From contig CAWBKB010000006.1 of the NCBI GenBank assembly GCA_963789265.1, positions 384,001 through 448,000 on the forward strand: DNA of 64,000 bases, written 5' to 3'. A program made the position numbers and the translations under genes. The notes below the pieces were generated by a model. It worked only from the letters and a program-made list of their open reading frames with translations, was not told the origin of the DNA and ran no database searches. Shown one piece after another: positions 62,081 to 64,000 of this stretch (position 1 is its first letter; every line of letters starts with the position of its first letter). Source of the DNA: an uncultured delta proteobacterium. GTDB lineage: Bacteria; Desulfobacterota; Desulfomonilia; Desulfomonilales; Desulfomonilaceae.

Positions 62081-64000
62081 ATGAAATCTCACGATGAGGG
62101 GAACCGGGGTTCCAACCACAGGCGGGCCATTTGTGGCATTTGTCCTGCGGGCTGTTGGGTTGATGTAGCTTACGATTCTTCAGGTAGACTGACCCAAGTC
62201 GAAGCGGACGCTGAATCCGAATGGGGGGCTGTATGCAGGCTCGGCCGGCATTCAGCCGAGATTGTATATTCGTCGGATAGACTCCTTCATCCTTTGCGGA
62301 GGGTGGGCCCCAAGGGCACGCAAGAATTTGAGCGCATAGCGTGGGACGATGCCTTCACAATCATAGCGGACAAGCTGCAAGCCATAAAAGCGCAGGACGG
62401 TCCTGAGGCGGCAGCCATATACACAGGTCGCGGCAGCTTCGAGCTTGCCAAATGCGACGTCTTTCAACCTAAGGGTGTGGCGGTATCTTCTGCTTCCAGC
62501 TTACTTTTCCCTTTCGGATCGCCCAACACCCTGGGCGTCGGGGCCCTCTGTTATGTATCTTTCGCTATGATCGCTCCTCATGTGACCATGGGAGGAATGC
62601 TGATCAACATGTTCTCGGATATCGAGAATGCCGAGTTGATCGTCGTCTGGGGAGCTAATCCGGCAACCGACTCCCCGCCTCTGGACTTATCTCGTATCGT
62701 CAATGCCCACGGTCGCGGGGCCGAGGTTATTGTGATCGATCCTCGGCGTACAGCGACGGTGGCGCACACCGATGCTCAATGGATTCCGATTCGGCCGGGC
62801 ACCGACGGCGCCCTTGCCTTGGGCCTCTGCAACGTAATCATCCAAGAAGAGCTTTACGACGAAGCCTTTGTGCGGAACTGGACTCACGGCTTCGAAGAAT
62901 TTGCGAGATATGTCCAACACTTTCGGCCTGATATGGTGGAGTCCATCACGGGGGTCTCTCAGGAAACGGTCCGGAAGCTTGCCAGACGTATTGCTTCGGC
63001 ACGCGGCGCCTCTCCGGTTATGTACAGCGGCCTGGAATATAGTGACAGTGGGGTGCAAGCGATCCGGGCCACCCTGGTACTTTGGGCACTGGCCGGACAG
63101 TTGGACGTCCCCGGAGGCCGATGTTTCACTGTGCAGGGCAGTCAGTTCCCGATCAACCGGCAGGGACACATTCCGAATCCTGATGTTCGCAAGGCTCTGG
63201 GTCGTGACCGCTTTCCGGTGTATAGCGCTTATCGCGGTGAATCCCACGCTATCGCCCTTCCCGAAGCAGTCTTGGAGGGGAAGCCTTACCCCATTAAAGC
63301 CCTGATAATCGTTGGAGGATCAATCATAACCTCGTGGCCCCAGCCTGCTGTGTGGCGAAAGACACTCGACACTCTGGACTTTGTCGTGTGTGTGGACCGG
63401 TTCTTAACTGCGGATGCCGCTTATGCCGACATCGTGTTGCCGGCGGCTACCTACTATGAAATTGAATCATACATGGTCTACGGTCCGTTATTTCGCCTGC
63501 GCGAGAGGGTTATTGAACCTTTGGGCGAGGCTCGGCCGGGCTTTTTTATACTGGCGGAATTGGCGCGACGTCTCGGGTACGGCCACCTTTATCCGCAGAA
63601 CGAGGAGGAGTTGCTCCGCCACGTGCTGAACGGCTCCGGGTTTTCTCTTGAGGACGTGCGCGCGGCAGGTGGGACTGTCCGGGTTCCCGCGACTATGATG
63701 CAGTACAAGAAGTGGGAAAAGGGCCTCCTTCGCGCTGATGGCGGCCAGGGCTTTCAGACGTCCACCGGCAAATTTGAGATCGCATCCACAATTCTCCAGG
63801 AGCACGGCTACGACCCATTGCCCGTGTACACAGAGCCTTCGGAAGGGTCTCTCGCACAGCCGGAACTGGCCAAGAGTTTTCCTCTGGTGTTTAACTCCGG
63901 TTCACGAGTGACCACTGATTTCCGGTCACAATTTCACAGCATTCCCGGTCTGGTCAAAGATCGCCCCGAGCCTACGGTCATGATGAGCACTACGGATGCG
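62081..64000 (+). CDS. Molybdopterin (bis-MGD) oxidoreductase catalytic subunit, partial
   Basis: CGICPAGC..C cluster motif, VWGANPA, VIDPRRT, IRPGTDGALALG, ADIVLPA; open to window end. Confidence 0.92.
   Translation, partial: MKSHDEGNRGSNHRRAICGICPAGCWVDVAYDSSGRLTQVEADAESEWGAVCRLGRHSAEIVYSSDRLLHPLRRVGPKGTQEFERIAWDDAFTIIADKLQAIKAQDGPEAAAIYTGRGSFELAKCDVFQPKGVAVSSASSLLFPFGSPNTLGVGALCYVSFAMIAPHVTMGGMLINMFSDIENAELIVVWGANPATDSPPLDLSRIVNAHGRGAEVIVIDPRRTATVAHTDAQWIPIRPGTDGALALGLCNVIIQEELYDEAFVRNWTHGFEEFARYVQHFRPDMVESITGVSQETVRKLARRIASARGASPVMYSGLEYSDSGVQAIRATLVLWALAGQLDVPGGRCFTVQGSQFPINRQGHIPNPDVRKALGRDRFPVYSAYRGESHAIALPEAVLEGKPYPIKALIIVGGSIITSWPQPAVWRKTLDTLDFVVCVDRFLTADAAYADIVLPAATYYEIESYMVYGPLFRLRERVIEPLGEARPGFFILAELARRLGYGHLYPQNEEELLRHVLNGSGFSLEDVRAAGGTVRVPATMMQYKKWEKGLLRADGGQGFQTSTGKFEIASTILQEHGYDPLPVYTEPSEGSLAQPELAKSFPLVFNSGSRVTTDFRSQFHSIPGLVKDRPEPTVMMSTTDA

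Overview
A 64-kb chromosomal window from an anaerobic deltaproteobacterium. A Desulfomonile-like organism is inferred from the gene content and a small-protein family at 12.6 kb. Core content: an etfB-etfA(ferredoxin-fused)-acyl-CoA dehydrogenase operon, prmC, two Old Yellow Enzyme oxidoreductases, a thiolase/DUF35-glcD-glcF-lactate permease operon, greA, mntH, uppP and a group-II-type Mo-nitrogenase cluster (nifH-I1-I2-D-K-fdx-E-N-B). The nif cluster has a sigma54 promoter, a convergent nifA-like activator and a decayed nifV. Also present: several signalling proteins, toxin-antitoxin pairs, defence-gene remnants and a molybdopterin oxidoreductase running off the end. The most unusual signal is intergenic: a nested set of small non-autonomous elements. 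At least four MITE types with distinct ends and target-site duplications (4 bp, TA, 8 bp, 10 bp) each carry REP-type hairpins as cargo. One type shares ends with a full IS1182-family element and inserts into REP hairpin loops. A separate 17-19 nt micro-palindrome (TCCCGCG-n3/5-CGCGGGA) interrupts several unrelated REP families. Many apparent frameshifts sit directly beside GTAC, which suggests methylation-linked sequencing errors rather than pseudogenes.
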